Assembly: GCF_009914755.1 (NCBI RefSeq)
Contig: NC_060937.1
DNA length: 64,000 nucleotides
Reading direction: 5' to 3' (one strand)
From: the human T2T-CHM13v2.0 reference genome, Homo sapiens
The notes under the pieces are model-generated. The model saw nothing but the letters and a program-made list of their open reading frames with translations, had not been told where the DNA came from and ran no database searches. Both the position numbers and the translations under genes were made by a program. How positions within the stretch are numbered: the first letter of the stretch is position 1; each line of letters starts with the position of its first letter. Positions 17,266 through 33,190 of this stretch are shown here, piece after piece.

Positions 17266-17777
17266 ATTTTAACAGAACGAGCCAAGACCCGCTGATGATC
17301 AAGATAACGCACGTCCATGTGCACATGCGGTATGACGCGGACGCGGGGGAGAATGACCTGTCACTGCTGGAGCTGGAGTGGCCCATCCAGTGCCCAGGTG
17401 CGGGGCTCCCCGTGTGCACCCCTGAGAAAGACTTCGCTGAGCACCTCCTCATCCCACGCACCAGGGGCCTCCTCAGCGGCTGGGCACGCAATGGCACTGA
17501 CCTGGGCAACTCGCTGACCACGCGGCCTGTCACACTTGTGGAGGGGGAGGAGTGCGGGCAGGTCCTGAATGTGACTGTCACCACCAGGACCTACTGTGAG
17601 AGAAGCAGCGTGGCGGCCATGCACTGGATGGATGGAAGTGTGGTCACCAGAGAACACAGAGGCTCCTGGTTTCTCACGGGGGTCCTGGGCTCGCAGCCAG
17701 TAGGAGGGCAGGCTCACATGGTCCTTGTCACCAAGGTCTCCAGGTACTCACTCTGGTTTAAACAGATCATGAACTAA
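17266..17777 (+). CDS. PROZ: PROZ exon 8 (protease-like domain C-part, stop TAA)
   Basis: YFNRTSQDPLMIKITH...SRYSLWFKQIMN*; ttcag| acceptor. Confidence 0.98.
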
Positions 17778-18025
17778 CTGAAACTCAGCTAGCCAGAATG
17801 AACAACACAACCGGAAGCGGGATTCCAAGCTGGCACTGCCACTGTGGAGGGCGCTGAAACTTCATCACACACTGAGAGGCCGTCACAGCCCCAGACCACC
17901 CGCTTGGCCCACGCAGCAGCAGAGCCGCCGTTTGCTGGGTTGTTTACCGAGCACTGTGACCTTTCTTTCCCTGGAACTCTTTATCTCAATAGAGACCTTA
18001 AAAGAAAACATGAGATACGTTAAAT

Positions 18026-18031
18026 AATAAA
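18026..18031 (+). terminator. PROZ: PROZ polyadenylation signal
   Basis: AATAAA about 250 nt after the stop. Confidence 0.8.
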
Positions 18032-18584
18032 ATAAGATAATCTGTCAGTCATAAAGCAGCCTGGTTTCCAGAAATTCTTTCCTTCTCCAAGTCCAGTGTT
18101 CCCTGTGCTCAGGGAATAGCCACCCCAGCCTGCACACTGGTGAGTGTGTTCTGGTGCAGAAGCGACAACAATCTCCGGTTACAGCAGAAAGTGACCTCCT
18201 CTGTTGGTTTACCAATTGCCACTGTGACTGAGGACCATGGCTCAGTGCAGAAGCAGCCACTAGAAGCAGGTTGGCAATGGAGGAGAATGACCCTGTGGGT
18301 ATCCCAGAGAGGCAGCATTAGAGGAAAGGGCCAGAGAGCACAAGAGAGGCTGAGGAGGCACGCCGGCGTCTCACGGGGTTGTGCACCCGCCCTTCTCTGG
18401 GAGGGTTCCCACGGAAGGTTCCGGGGCCCGAAGTCAGGGCTGAGCACTGAGACCCAGCTCTCTGCTCGTCCCACCAGGTGGCTCTTGGACAACTGTTCCA
18501 CCTCTTCATGCCTCAGGGTCGCCCAGGGTAGAATCCCAGCACCTCACCAATGGGCTGATGGGCAGCTAGGGCAACGCCCAGCAC

Positions 18585-18880
18585 TGTTGTGGCTGGAGTG
18601 TGTGTCCCTTCAAAACTCCAAAATTGGAACTTACCCCAAGATGATGATATGGGGAGGTGGGGCCCTTGGGAGGTGACTAGGCCATGAGGGCTCTGCCAGC
18701 CCCTTCCATCTCTTCTCCCATACGAGGACACTGCAGTGAGGTGCTACCCTGGAGACAGAGAGCCCTCAGCAGACACCAAATCTGCCGGCACCCAGATCTT
18801 GAACTTCCCAGCCCCCAGATCTGTGAGAAATGAGTTTCTGTTATCACCCAGTCCATGGTATTTTGTAGAACAGACCAGGA
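18585..18880 (+). mobile_element. MLT1-like LTR
   Basis: TGTTGTGGCTGGAGTGTGTGTCCC...TTGAACTTCCCAGCCCCCAGATCTGTGAGAAATGAGTTTCTG. Confidence 0.65.
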
Positions 18881-19624
18881 CAGCACGTGCTGAATCACAG
18901 TAAACACCTGCTGTCATGAAGGCTGCAGCTGCAATGCAAGTACCAAAGACAGAGCTGCAGTCCAGCCCCCAGTGAAACGTCCTTGGAGACTGGAGCTCCT
19001 AGCAGGGTCTGAATTTGCACTGAAATGGACAGAAATGGCATAAATGTTCACATTTTAACTCTGACTTAGTTAAGGAAGGGGCACAGCTGCTTCTCCACCA
19101 GTGTCCTTGAGTGACACAGAGCAGAGCATCGTTGAAGAGCAGAGAGGACTTTTAAAAAGAGGAATTAAAAATGTAGGTGGACAAATATTCTCTTGAGTTG
19201 AGAACAATTTACACATAACTTGGGTTTTTAAGCCTTACTGTTCTTCAGCACACTCTCTTTCATTTACGCTTTAACCCCAGAATTAAACTTTTCTCCAACC
19301 TGTAGATGAAATGGCCCATTTCTCTGAAAGGTCCTTGGCAAAAAGCAACACTGTAATTTAAGGCAAATTAATGGGGAGGGCAGTTTAAAATTCACTAGGG
19401 TGAATTTTAAAGTCTTAGTGAAGTTTGGTTGTATTATTCTCAAACTACAATAAGGTAAGTAAGTCACTGCTTTAAATGCCTACTAATGATTTTAAAATCA
19501 GCTAATGAACATGGCAGGCTTTCTGTACATAATGCTGCAGAAATGTCTGCAATCTTGCTTCTGGTACTTCTATTACAAATTTGGATTTACTAGAGTGGAA
19601 GCCCTGCTTGAAAACTATTCCAGT

Positions 19625-20011
<387 letters not shown>

Positions 20012-20179
20012 TCAGAGAAAGCTACAGGCCCAGACTGTCAGCAGAGACATGAGGGGCCTTCAAAATGAAGTAACTACTCTACTGGCATTTAATGACATGC
20101 TTAGAAACTACACCATAAACAAATCTAACAAAACAGTAAAACTCAAGAAAAGGGAAGCTAGCTATGATGACTGTTTTTC

Positions 20180-20460
20180 TTGTTTTTTGAGACAGGGTCT
20201 CTGTCTGCCACCCAAGGCTGGAGTGCAGGGCACGATCCTAGCTCATAGTGGGCTCAACTTCCTGGGCTCAATTGACCCTCCCACCTCAGCCTCCTGACTA
20301 CAGGTGTGGACCACCATGCCCAGCTAATTTTTGTATTTTCTGCAGAGATGGATTTTGCCATATTGCCCAGGCTGGTCTCGAACTCCAGGGCTCAAGCAAT
20401 CTACTGGCCTCAGCCTCCCAAAGTGCTGGTATCATAAATGTGAGCCACCACGTCCAGCCT
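20180..20460 (-). mobile_element. AluJ
   Basis: Reverse Alu. Confidence 0.85.
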
Positions 20461-20604
20461 GTGATGATGTTTTAAAAGGGCCAAACTAGTTCACACTTGG
20501 GCAGAGATTATTAAGTCCAATATTTGAATCCATGCAAACACACTGATACATGCCCATGTGTACGCCCGTGGACTTGAATGCTGCCATGCTGGACACAGGC
20601 CTTG

Positions 20605-20897
20605 ACTTTGCGTCTCCACCCAAATTCCATCTTGAATTGTAATCCCCACGTGTGGAGAAGTGATTGGATCACGGGGGCGGCTCCCCCACGCTGTTCTCGT
20701 GACAGTGAGGGTGTCTAACGAGAGCTGATGGTTTTAAAAGTGGCAGTTTTGCTCATGCTCACTTCCCCTTCCGCCATGATTGTAAGTTTCCTGAGGTCCC
20801 CCGAGTCATGTGGAACTGTGAGTCCATTAAACCTCTTTCCTTTACATATTACCCAGTCTCGGGCAGTTCTTTATAGCAGCGTGAGAACGAACTGACA
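20605..20897 (+). mobile_element. THE1/MST LTR
   Basis: CATCTTGAATTGTAATCCCCACGTG...GATTGTAAGTTTCCTGAGG...TTTATAGCAGCGTGAGAAC. Confidence 0.75.
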
Positions 20898-22830
20898 GAG
20901 GCCTGAACACCAAGAGGTAAACGTAAGGACACCTACACTGAGGTTGTTTCTTTCATCGCTAAGAATAACCATCCAATTACCTTAAAGTATCAATCCTTGA
21001 CTTTAGGTGTCACTATGGACGGTTCAATACGTTACCCAGAAATGTTGACAAACCTGAGCTTTCCACCGCTATTACATCCAGAATGAAATTCAGGTATGCT
21101 GGCAGAAATTCCAATATTCAAATTACTGCAAGAAAATCATTTAAATCAAAAGTTGAAGGATGTTCAAGGCCCATGCAGAGCAGCAGGGAAGATCAGATTT
21201 CCGTACCCAACACTGCAAGAGAACGGGGCCCCACTGGACACATGGGTAGCTAGAAAACAGATGCGCGCCCAAAGCCTCCGCCGGCATGAGTTTGCTCCGT
21301 GTCTGCCCCACAGGACATAGGAGGCACTTGTCACGACTGCCAGCGCTGAGGACCTTGCTGCTGCTGGGGAGCAGCTACGTAGGTCAAGAGGATCCTTGGC
21401 ATGAACTCCACAGGCACAGGCGCTTGCCTTCGTGCATTCATCTCTCGCGTGTACGTGTGGCAGTCCACGGCTGGAATCCGGGTGTGACTTAGGAGAGCAG
21501 GGCATAAAAGAGATCTGGCTTCCCTGGCTCTACTGGGATCTGCGCTCCCAGAATCCAGCTCCCTACGTGTGGAGAGAAACAGGGGAGCCCACCCACAGCC
21601 CTGCTGAGCTCCAGGTGAGAGCCCGGGCCAATACACGGGAATGAGTCACCTTCAAAGAGGCCCATTCGGGCCCCAGAAGAGCCCACAAGCTTCCCCGCCC
21701 AGCCCGGAAGAAACTGCAGACCTGCAGATGTAGGAGCGAGCTAAGGAGTGCTGCTGAAGCCCTGGGGCAGCTCCTGCATCCAGGGGAACCTGAGGAAGGA
21801 GCCACACAAAGTGAGTCCTGTGCCGCGCGGCCCGGAGAGAGAGAAAGAGGGATTCACACTTTGTAGAATAGCCTCTCCTTGAACAAGCAGCTTTCAAATG
21901 CAGTAACTTTGCAAAGATGAGCTCTTATGGTTTGTGTTCTTCTTTAGTAAATTTTTTATAAACGGGGAAATGTGCATACTCTGAAAAATGGCAGTGCTGG
22001 GGACTAAACTGTGTCCCCCAAATTTCTTACATTGAAGTCCTAGCCCCAGTGTGACTGTATCTGGAGGTAAGGTCTTCAGGGGGTAACTAAGGCTAAATGT
22101 GGTCATAAGGGTGGGGTCCTAACCCGACAGAACTGTGGCCTTGTAAGAGGAAGAGAGCCGGGTGTGGTGGCACATGCCTGTCACCCAGCACTTTGGGAGG
22201 CCGAGGCGGGGGAATTGCCCCGACAGAACTGTGGCCTTGTAAGAGGAAGAGAGCCGGGTGTGGTGGCACATGCCTGTCACCCCAGCACTTTGGGAGGCCG
22301 AGGCGGGGGAATTGCCCCGACAGAACTGTGGCCTTGTAAGAGGAAGAGAGCCGGGTGTGGTGGCACATGCCTGTCACCCAGCACTTTGGGAGGCTGAGGC
22401 GGGGGAATTGCCCCGACAGAACTGTGGCCTTGTAAGAGGAAGAGAGCCGGGTGTGGTGGCACATGCCTGTCACCCAGCACTTTGGGAGGCCGAGGCGGGG
22501 GAATTGCCCCGACAGAACTGTGGCCTTGTAAGAGGAAGAGAGCCGGGTGTGGTGGCACATGCCTGTCACCCCAGCACTTTGGGAGGCCGAGGCGGGGGAA
22601 TTGCCCCGACAGAACTGTGGCCTTGTAAGAGGAAGAGAGCCGGGTGTGGTGGCACATGCCTGTCACCCAGCACTTTGGGAGGCCGAGGCGGGGGAATTGC
22701 CCCGACAGAACTGTGGCCTTGTAAGAGGAAGAGAGCCGGGTGTGGTGGCACATGCCTGTCACCCAGCACTTTGGGAGGCCGAGGCGGGGGAATTGCCCCG
22801 ACAGAACTGTGGCCTTGTAAGAGGAAGAGA

Positions 22831-23191
<361 letters not shown>

Positions 23192-23447
23192 TCAGAAGAG
23201 AGCCCTCCCCAGAAGCCGACCGTGCTGGCAACCCCATCTCAGTCAGACCTCCAGCCTCTAGAACTGTGAGGAAATACATTCCTGTTGCTTAAGCTGCCTG
23301 TGGTATTCTGTGATGGCAGCCCCAACAGCCCAATGTGAGTGGCCCAACTTAGCGACTGTCAACCTCGCCGTGGTGCCGAAGGGACGCGCTCAGGGGCAGC
23401 CATGCCTCAGCGTCCACGCAGCCCTTCAGTTTCCACTCTCAGTGTAG

Positions 23448-23804
<357 letters not shown>

Positions 23805-23979
23805 TAAAATCGGCTTTGTGTTTGATTTTGCCTAAGAGTGGAGGCTTCTGAGTATGTTAAGGAAGGCTAGAGTGAGCCATAATGTTTAGTAGCAGGTGTA
23901 TTAAATGTATTTTCAATTTAAGATGGTTTTTTAAAAGAAATTTTTTTTTAACCAACAAAGCAAAGGCAAATAAAATAAG

Positions 23980-23985
23980 TTTATT
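23980..23985 (-). terminator. PCID2: PCID2 candidate polyadenylation signal
   Basis: TTTATT on + (AATAAA on -), about 560 nt past the stop, followed by a GU/U-rich tract on -. Confidence 0.7.
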
Positions 23986-24546
23986 GGGATGTAACCCCAT
24001 CATAAATTGAGGAGCATCCATACAGGCAAGCTATAAAATCTGGAAAATTTAAATCAAATTAAATTCTGCTTTTAAAAAGGTGCCTTAAGTTAACCAAGCA
24101 TTTTGATAACACATTCAAATTTAATATATAAAAATAGATGTATCCTGGAAGATATAATGAAGAACATGCCATGTGTATAAATTCAGAATACGCTTTTTAC
24201 ACAAAGAACTACAAAAAGTTACAAAGACAGCCTTCAGGAACCACACTTAGGAAAAGTGAGCCGAGCAGCCTTCACGCAAAGCCTCCTTCAAAGAAGTCTC
24301 ACAAAGACTCCAGAACCAGCCGAGTCTGTGAAAAAGGAATTCCAGGTTTTCATCAGGCTGAAATTAGTTACAAATGAAGGAGATTAACTCGGGTGTGCTG
24401 AAAATCTCAGCCTCAGCATCCCTGGGAAAAGCGCCTCCAAGAGTTCCGGCTTCAGGGAGCCTTGTTGCAGTACCGGACCGGTCTCATCAGCACAACCAAA
24501 GTGGAAAGAAACAACTGCTCACCCGTCCTCGGGGCTCCGTGTACTT

Positions 24547-24663
<117 letters not shown>

Positions 24664-24784
24664 TTACATTTTTGGATCTGAGTCATGTCAAAGATGCTGG
24701 GTGATCTAATTAATTTGGCATTAGCATTCTTCCCCAAGAGCGGCACAGTTCAGTTCAGCGGGAAGACAATGAGTAAAAATAAAT

Positions 24785-25103
24785 ACAATCAACCCTCTAT
24801 ATCCACGGTGGGTTTCATATCCATGAATCTAACCAACTGTGGACTGAAAATATTTGGGGAAAAAAAATGCATCTGTAATGAACACGTACAGACGCTCTTC
24901 CCTTGCCGTGATTCCCTAAACAATACAGTACAACAGCTATCTACAGTGCACTGAGTATTTTAAGTAACCTAGAGATAATTTAAAGTATACAGGAGGACGT
25001 GCATAGCTCATATGCAAATACTACGTCCTATCAGTGACTGAAGCACCTGTGGATTTTGGTATCCGAGGGGGGTTGGAGAATCGACAGATACCGAGGGATG
25101 TAC
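24785..25103. mobile_element. MER2 (Tigger-family) DNA transposon
   Basis: ACCCTCTATATCC...GGATTTTGGTATCCG...GATACCGAGGGATG termini and internal TCCCTAAACAATACAG. Confidence 0.75.
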
Positions 25104-25296
25104 CGCCAGTAAAGAATATGCAAACATACAAGAGTATCCGTCCCCTCATGCTCCTAAGGCCCTGGTGAATGGTATTTCCTGGGCTAAAATTAGTTCTATC
25201 AAAAAAAAAGCAGAAGGCCTTTTAACAATTTTAACACCACCACACTGAAGCTTCAAATTCTGGGCTGAATCTTGCTGTGAGTAGCTGCTTAAATTA

Positions 25297-25512
<216 letters not shown>

Positions 25513-26264
25513 TTAATAAGCCGGTGTTCTAAAAGAGTAAAAAAATTCCCACCTATTAGATAAACTCTAAACTACACTCTCAGAGCTATTAAATCTAATT
25601 TGACTTTTCAATCTTTAAAAAGTCACTAGTACAAACACAATTTTTAATTATTTTCTAAGTATTTCATTAAGGTTCGGTTTTTTTTTTCACATTTTAATCT
25701 CCCTGAAATCAGGAAGCACCTGACAATGGGCTGTGTCTCACAGACTCAGCGAAATAGGGTCCCTACTGTTTGTGACGTGCTACCCACAGCTCTATACAAA
25801 GTTGGCCTTTGCCTGAAGTTTACACAACTGAGATCCTGCTGGGACGAGGCCTCAGAAGACGTGTGAGGAAAGGAATGACGATCTCTGCATCTGCCTTTGT
25901 GACAGGCAGAAGTGGCTGGGAGGGCTACTTGGTCAGCACTAAGGGAGGGGAGTGAGTGGCGAGTCCTGTGTGCTCTGATGAAATGTGGTACCGCGGCTCT
26001 CAGGGCTGATGTTCTCAAGTTGTCTTCTCACATAGAACCTGCTTACCTCCCCCACAAGTCCAGGCACAGCTTGTGCTACTCACGTGTCTCGCGCAGGGTC
26101 CCCAGGAGGCAGTGGGCGGAGGCTTCATTTTATCCCACACAATGGAAGGAAGATAACGACCCCACCCACACGGTGGCCTTCTCTCTTAGACTGCAACAGC
26201 CCTGGATGTCTGACTGCTCTGCCGAGAGCCACACTGGGAGCCCAATGTGCCGGGGAAATGCTTA

Positions 26265-26411
<147 letters not shown>

Positions 26412-26506
26412 TCAGAAGGAGGGTGAGTTTCTCACAGAGCGTGCACGTCAACTCTCATCAGGCTTGCATTTTTAAAACCCCAAACAGGAAGGATGGCATA
26501 CTCTAC

Positions 26507-26580
26507 CTCACAGCTCTGGTTACTTCCGCAAACTGCATCAGGTGATACTTTTTCAGGAGCTCCACAGTGGGCATGTGACC
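26507..26580 (-). CDS. PCID2: PCID2 exon 11
   Basis: GHMPTVELLKKYHLMQFAEVTRAV. Confidence 0.95.
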
Positions 26581-27409
26581 CTAAGAGTCAATTTTCCAGA
26601 ATGAAAATGCTTTCATTTTTGACAAAATTGTCCTTGATAAATATTCATATCAAGGAATTAAGTTTTAAGAAAATTGCAACCTGAGTTTCTTAGAATGTCC
26701 ATGGATTAAACACATCATAGTACACTAGGAAAACAACACAGGTCTAGAAATCAGAACACCTGGGTACAACACACTTTTGTCATTCCATGACACGTGACCT
26801 TGATCTTGACCTTCTCACATTTCTTCGAATTTCTATAACAGGAGAGTGATAACTGAAGAAATGCTAGTATAAGCATGAGATGTAGGCATACGGAAGTAGC
26901 TTCCAGAAGAATCAGCTAAGCATTTGAAACTGGCTGTCAGTTAAATGGGGTGAGAAGTGAGGAGGGCAAGGCCACAGCAGCGCTTCTCCATCACAATCCA
27001 TTCAGAGCTACAGAAGCTTTAGCCACCTGTGTGCAATGCTTTTCTCATTAGTCAATTAACTTACCAGTTATTTCAAGTATCAAAAATACATTTTAGTAAC
27101 TAAATGAAATACCCACAGAGAGGGTGAAATGACATTTTTCTTTCTTGGTGAATCCACTGCTTTTAACTTAGGTTTTAAGGGAGGAATACAAATGATACGT
27201 ACTTATTTTGTCACATGAACGTTAAACTCTTGAGTTAAATACTTTTAAGGGAAACAAGACACAGGGAGAGCTTTTCTAGAAGGACCTGGAGGCGTAAGGC
27301 ATGAAGCTCTGGGTTTGGGCCACACACAATGCATGCGCCTTCTTTATTTTGGGGTGTGCTCATACACAGCTCAGGCTGTGATCAACTACAGACTGTCTGC
27401 TAGGTTTTA

Positions 27410-27625
<216 letters not shown>

Positions 27626-28816
27626 TCAGGCCCCTTCCTGCTCCATTTTCTACCACTGTCTCCTGATTTAAAAGGCAAAAGCCCCCTCCCTTTATTATCT
27701 CAAAAAATATCATCCCAGTTTCATTTCTGTGATCAATGACTTTCCTTAAGTAAAATCCATACCCCCAAATTCAACAGGAACTGCCTGGGAAGTCCTACTT
27801 AACAGAGGAAAACTGAAGAAAATAACTTTCACAGAGATTCTGATTTGCCTAAGGTCAGCTGGCAAACCATTATGATAACATTTTAAAAGTCTGACCCTGC
27901 TCAGATGATTTCTACATTCATGAAAAATATAAAGACATATTTAAAAATGTACCTCCACAATACATTTTAATCACCCATAATTAAACAATGAAAATAACTT
28001 AGTAAAACACCATCCTCCAGCTTAACATATAATTAGTGATCATATATCTTCCATTTTAAATGACCACATGCTTTAAAAAATTAACTTATTATTACTAACA
28101 CACAACATATTAATTCTGTCCTGAGAGCAATATTAAAAAACAGATTTGAATTTAATAGATTTCAAAATACAAAAGTAATTCTATTTGTCAAGATTAATCC
28201 CACAAACTGCACGACAGGCCTGCAAAGAGTTCAGCACATGCTAACAAGGAACTCTCAGAACAGGCAGGCAGGAGCTGAGCCTTGTCCTGAGGCTGGAAAG
28301 CTGAAGGGTCAGGGGTTTCTGGACAATGATTCCACATTCTCCCTAGGTGAAGAGAAGAGGCTTCACTAAGGCTGAGTTTGGGTCAAGAATTAGGAAAGTG
28401 AGATGTTCCTGTTTATGTAAGTTCTTCCTGAACAGTGATATTAAGTCCCAAATATAAGAGAACAGAGATGCTCAGAGCTGCAGAGGCCCTCCCTTATGCA
28501 GAATGGGTCACCAGAAGCAGCAGGCCCTGGGGTCTGGGTCGAGGCCTAGGGAATCCACACTGAGACCACACACTGCCTCTGCTCCTAAACTATGTGGCCA
28601 CATTGGCACAAAAAACATCCAGTCTTGCACAGTGAGCGTGAATGCTGTGGGGCCAGCGTCTCTTCCAAACCACAAAGCCATGACCCACGAGGAGCCCTGT
28701 GGGGCTGAGACCAAAGAACAAGGATTCACTGAGAGTCTGCAATATCCCACCAGCTGCCAGTTTGACTTTTGCAAACTAGCCTCTAAAAAGTGTACCTTTG
28801 CTACTGCCCAAGGTAA

Positions 28817-29136
<320 letters not shown>

Positions 29137-30659
29137 AAAAAATGCATTTTCTAATAGTTAATGCAAGCTGAGATTTTTCTGCTGTCTTTGAGGGAACCTA
29201 AGTCATTTTGCATCAAATAATATATTTCGGTTGGAGTCAAAAATATGTAGAGGGGTATAAATCTCTGAAATTAATAAATTAATAAAAGTATACATACAAC
29301 AACTGAGATACTCCAAATACTCTTTCTTACATAAATAATATAAAATCACAGGAAAGAAAATCACCACAATCTCTGCAGACATTTTATCCACTTAAATACA
29401 ATCAGGGCTCTAGGAATTCCTAGCAGTAAAATGGAAAACAAAATCTCTGCGAGCTACAAGGCAGAAGATCTATGGCCAGCGCTGGCTTTTTGGGGACACA
29501 GAATTACTCAGTAATCTCAGAGCATCACACTCTCAATGGCTTCCTATTTCTTTTATAGTCAAACGAAAGGGTTGGATGATACAGACTTAAACAAACTTTT
29601 TAGCTCTAAAGATGTCAGAAACTATGACTATGTCGCATCAATATTAATAACAATTTCTGGCTATGTTAGGTATTCAAAAATACCACTTACTGAATCCTCA
29701 GAAGAAAAAAAATCAGTATCTTAATAAAATCCAATAGGATAGAATTTAAAAGCTTCTCTACCTTTATGCTTCATATTAAGAGAAAAAAAAAGAGACAGAT
29801 AAGAAAAGCCCTTCTTTAAAAGCCCTAGATCTACTAAAAACTGAAAGGAAATGGTCAGTCCATACAAGCCCACAGAGTAAAAACTGTGAAAGGAAATGGT
29901 CTATAAAAGCCTATAGAATAAAAAGCCAGAGCGTCCTTATGAAAGGGCTATTATTTATCTTGCATTGCCTAAAGTTATGTTGCTTCATGTACTTGGGACT
30001 GTGTGCTCCACAAACAGCTGAAGAAGAGTTTAAAGTCTGGTTTGAGCACGAGAGAAGAGATCACCAAGAATGATGCCGTGACAGCCGATAAAAATTACAA
30101 AAAGAAGACTAGTTTCCTGTTCTTGAGAAAGTTACCAACGTAAACTAATACAATAGTGTCAGGTGTGGCAGCGACACGCCGTGCGAGGCTGTTTAAACAG
30201 GAGCTCTGTGGTAGCGACACACTGCACGAGGCTGTTTAAACGAGAGCTTTGACACCAGGTCCAAGGGCATATCCCCTGCTTCTAAGTCATCTCCATGCGG
30301 GATGTGTAGGTCATGAAGTCAGTCGCTGAACTAAATGTTGTCCTAATCTCCATTTCCTATGTCAACATAACCAGCATCTATTACAGGGTCAAAAAGCAAA
30401 TAAAGAAAACAATGATTTACATTCTATTCTGAGAACAGTCATGCTCAGTGAACTCAGAAACGATGTCTGTAATGCCTGTGAGACTCCAGCATGCACTTCA
30501 GAGACCCAGTATGGATTAAGAATCTTCAATATAATTTCCCTTTAATCAGCTTTAGTGTCAAATATGTATATATAACTTGGTCCACATTTAAAAATAAAAT
30601 ACAGTAATTGTGTTCTCTGAAACTATATTATTCAAAGTTGTTCAGAATGCAATGTCTTA

Positions 30660-30836
<177 letters not shown>

Positions 30837-31010
30837 CTATAATGAATAACAATCCATTTAAAATATTTAAAAACAACAAAAACAGGTGGCAAAACAAATT
30901 ACTAAGCATGTCTCCTTAAAATGCAAATTACAAAACCTATTATATCATAACAATTATTTATATAATAAAACCAAAACAGAGAGCAGCCAGCATAGATGGC
31001 ATTCACCCTG

Positions 31011-31316
31011 GGAGGCTCTGCAAAGCCGTTCCGGGGGCGCAGCCCTGCAGGAGCCCATGCTGGTGGAGGCTCTGGGAAGCTGTTCCAGGGGGCGCAGCCC
31101 TGCAGTGGGAAGCCGTTCCAGGGGGCACAGCCCTGCAGGAGCCTGTGCTAGTGGAGGCTCTGCGAAGCCGTTCCAGGGGGCACAGCCCTGCAGGAGCCTG
31201 TGCTAGTGGAGGCTCTGCGAAGCCGTTTCAGGGGGCGCAGCCCTGCAGGAGCCCGTGCTTGTGGAGGCTCTGGGAAGCCGTTCCAGGGGGCGCAGCCCTG
31301 CAGGAGCCTGTGCTTA
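31011..31316. repeat. About 55-bp minisatellite, 5-6 copies (one internally deleted)
   Basis: GGAGGCTCTG(C/G)GAAGCCGTTCCAGGGGGCGCAGCCCTGCAGGAGCCTGTGCTAGT units. Confidence 0.9.
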
Positions 31317-31728
31317 TGCAGCACCGGCAGGAAGGTGGGGTGCTCTACAGGAGTGGAAGGCACTGGACAGAAGGCACAAGTCCCAGCTGCTGACACGTGA
31401 TGGGCTGCTCTTCACCTGACTGACTTTATGTGGCAATGGTTTCTTTATCCATCTATCCATCTACGTGCCTGCTTTTCCATAGTTAATTATGACCACAGAA
31501 GACAAAACGCTCTGGAGTGAAACCGCCTGCACTGAAAGCCCAATTCCACCACACTGGGACAGCTGCTTCACACACAGGGGCCTTCGTTTCCTCTGGGGCT
31601 GGGAGCGCTAACCTCAGAGGGCTGATTGTCAACAGGAAGACATTTGTAAAGCATTCAGAATAGTGCCTTGCACCTAGTAGGCATTCAACAAATGTTTGCT
31701 ATTAGGACTAGGAATACGGTTATGATCA

Positions 31729-31929
<201 letters not shown>

Positions 31930-32254
31930 TTAAGTTACATAGGAAATAAAAATTTTATTTATAAATCACAAAATAAACTGCCTAAACAAATTAATATCTT
32001 GAGGTAAGTCCCAAAGCTCAAGTCATATTCATATCAACTTATTCATATCAAGTCATATTCATCAAACAAAATAACATTATGAAAAAAGATGTCTTACCTG
32101 ATGGGTAAAAATAAAAGAGAAAACAAACCAGGAAAATCCCAATTAACTACTTGAGTAACATCCTTCCTCCGCGGCACCAGCTAAAAACTGCCTCATTTGC
32201 AGCAACAATGCGTAAAAGTTAATTGTTATAAACCGTTTTTGAAAAATGGAAAAA

Positions 32255-32392
32255 TAGGGCATGGTGGTGTGTGCCTGTAATCCCAGCCACTCAGGAGGCT
32301 GAGGCAGGAGAATCACTCAAACCCGGGCCAATGCACTTCAGCCTGGGTGACACAGCGTGACTCCGTCTCAAAAAACAAAAAGAAAAGAAAAA
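32255..32392 (+). mobile_element. Alu right-arm fragment, internally deleted
   Basis: GGGCATGGTGG...GACTCCGTCTCAAAAAAC. Confidence 0.75.
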
Positions 32393-32747
32393 TGGAAAAA
32401 TACTTCTCATCAGTACGACAAAACAAACCAGTAAAACACACAAAGAGGATGAGTCCCACCAAGGCAGACACAAAAAGTACACACTGTGGTGGTCCATTTA
32501 CATGAAGTCACCGAACAGGCAGGAAGCAACCCACAGTGGAACAAATCCAGACAGCTGAAAGGGCCTGCCCCACATGAGGGATGAGGGAAGTTTCTGGGGT
32601 GGCAATCATGTCCTATACCTCAGCAGCAAGCAGACAGATAATACTGTAGGTAGTTCACTGCATGCAAATTTTACCTCAAAAGACTGAAAAAACAGAAACT
32701 GAAGAACCTAGGGGAGGGTGTGCCACTGTCTGCAATTAACCTGGAAA

Positions 32748-33190
32748 CAGTCACATGTTACACAACATTTCGGTCAACTACAGATGACCACATGTGAGAT
32801 GGGGCCCTACAGAGTCTCACACTTGACCACATGTGAGATGGGGCCCTACAGAGTCTCACACTTGACCACATGTGAGATGGGGCCCTACGGAGTCTCACAC
32901 TTGACCACATGTGAGATGGGGCCCTACGGAGTCTCACACTTGACCACATGTGAGATGGGGCCCTACGGAGTCTCACACTGTATTTTTACTGCATCTTTTC
33001 TGTGTTTAGATCTGTTTAGACACACAAATAATTCCCACTGTGTTCCAGCTGCCTACAGCATTTAGTGCAGCTCTTGCTCCTCGCAGCCTAGGACCCACAG
33101 GCTGCGCCACACAGCGGGGGTGTGTAGCAGGCCACGCCATCTCGGTTTACGAAGTACACTCTGTGGTGTTAACAAAATGATAAAATCACT
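32748..33190. mobile_element. Tigger3/MER7-like DNA transposon containing a 39-bp minisatellite
   Basis: CAGTCA...ACATTTCGGTCAAC terminus; CTGTATTTTTACTG...TGTTTAGA internal. Confidence 0.7.
32785..32979. repeat. 39-bp tandem repeat, 5 copies
   Basis: TGACCACATGTGAGATGGGGCCCTAC(A/G)GAGTCTCACACT. Confidence 0.97.
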
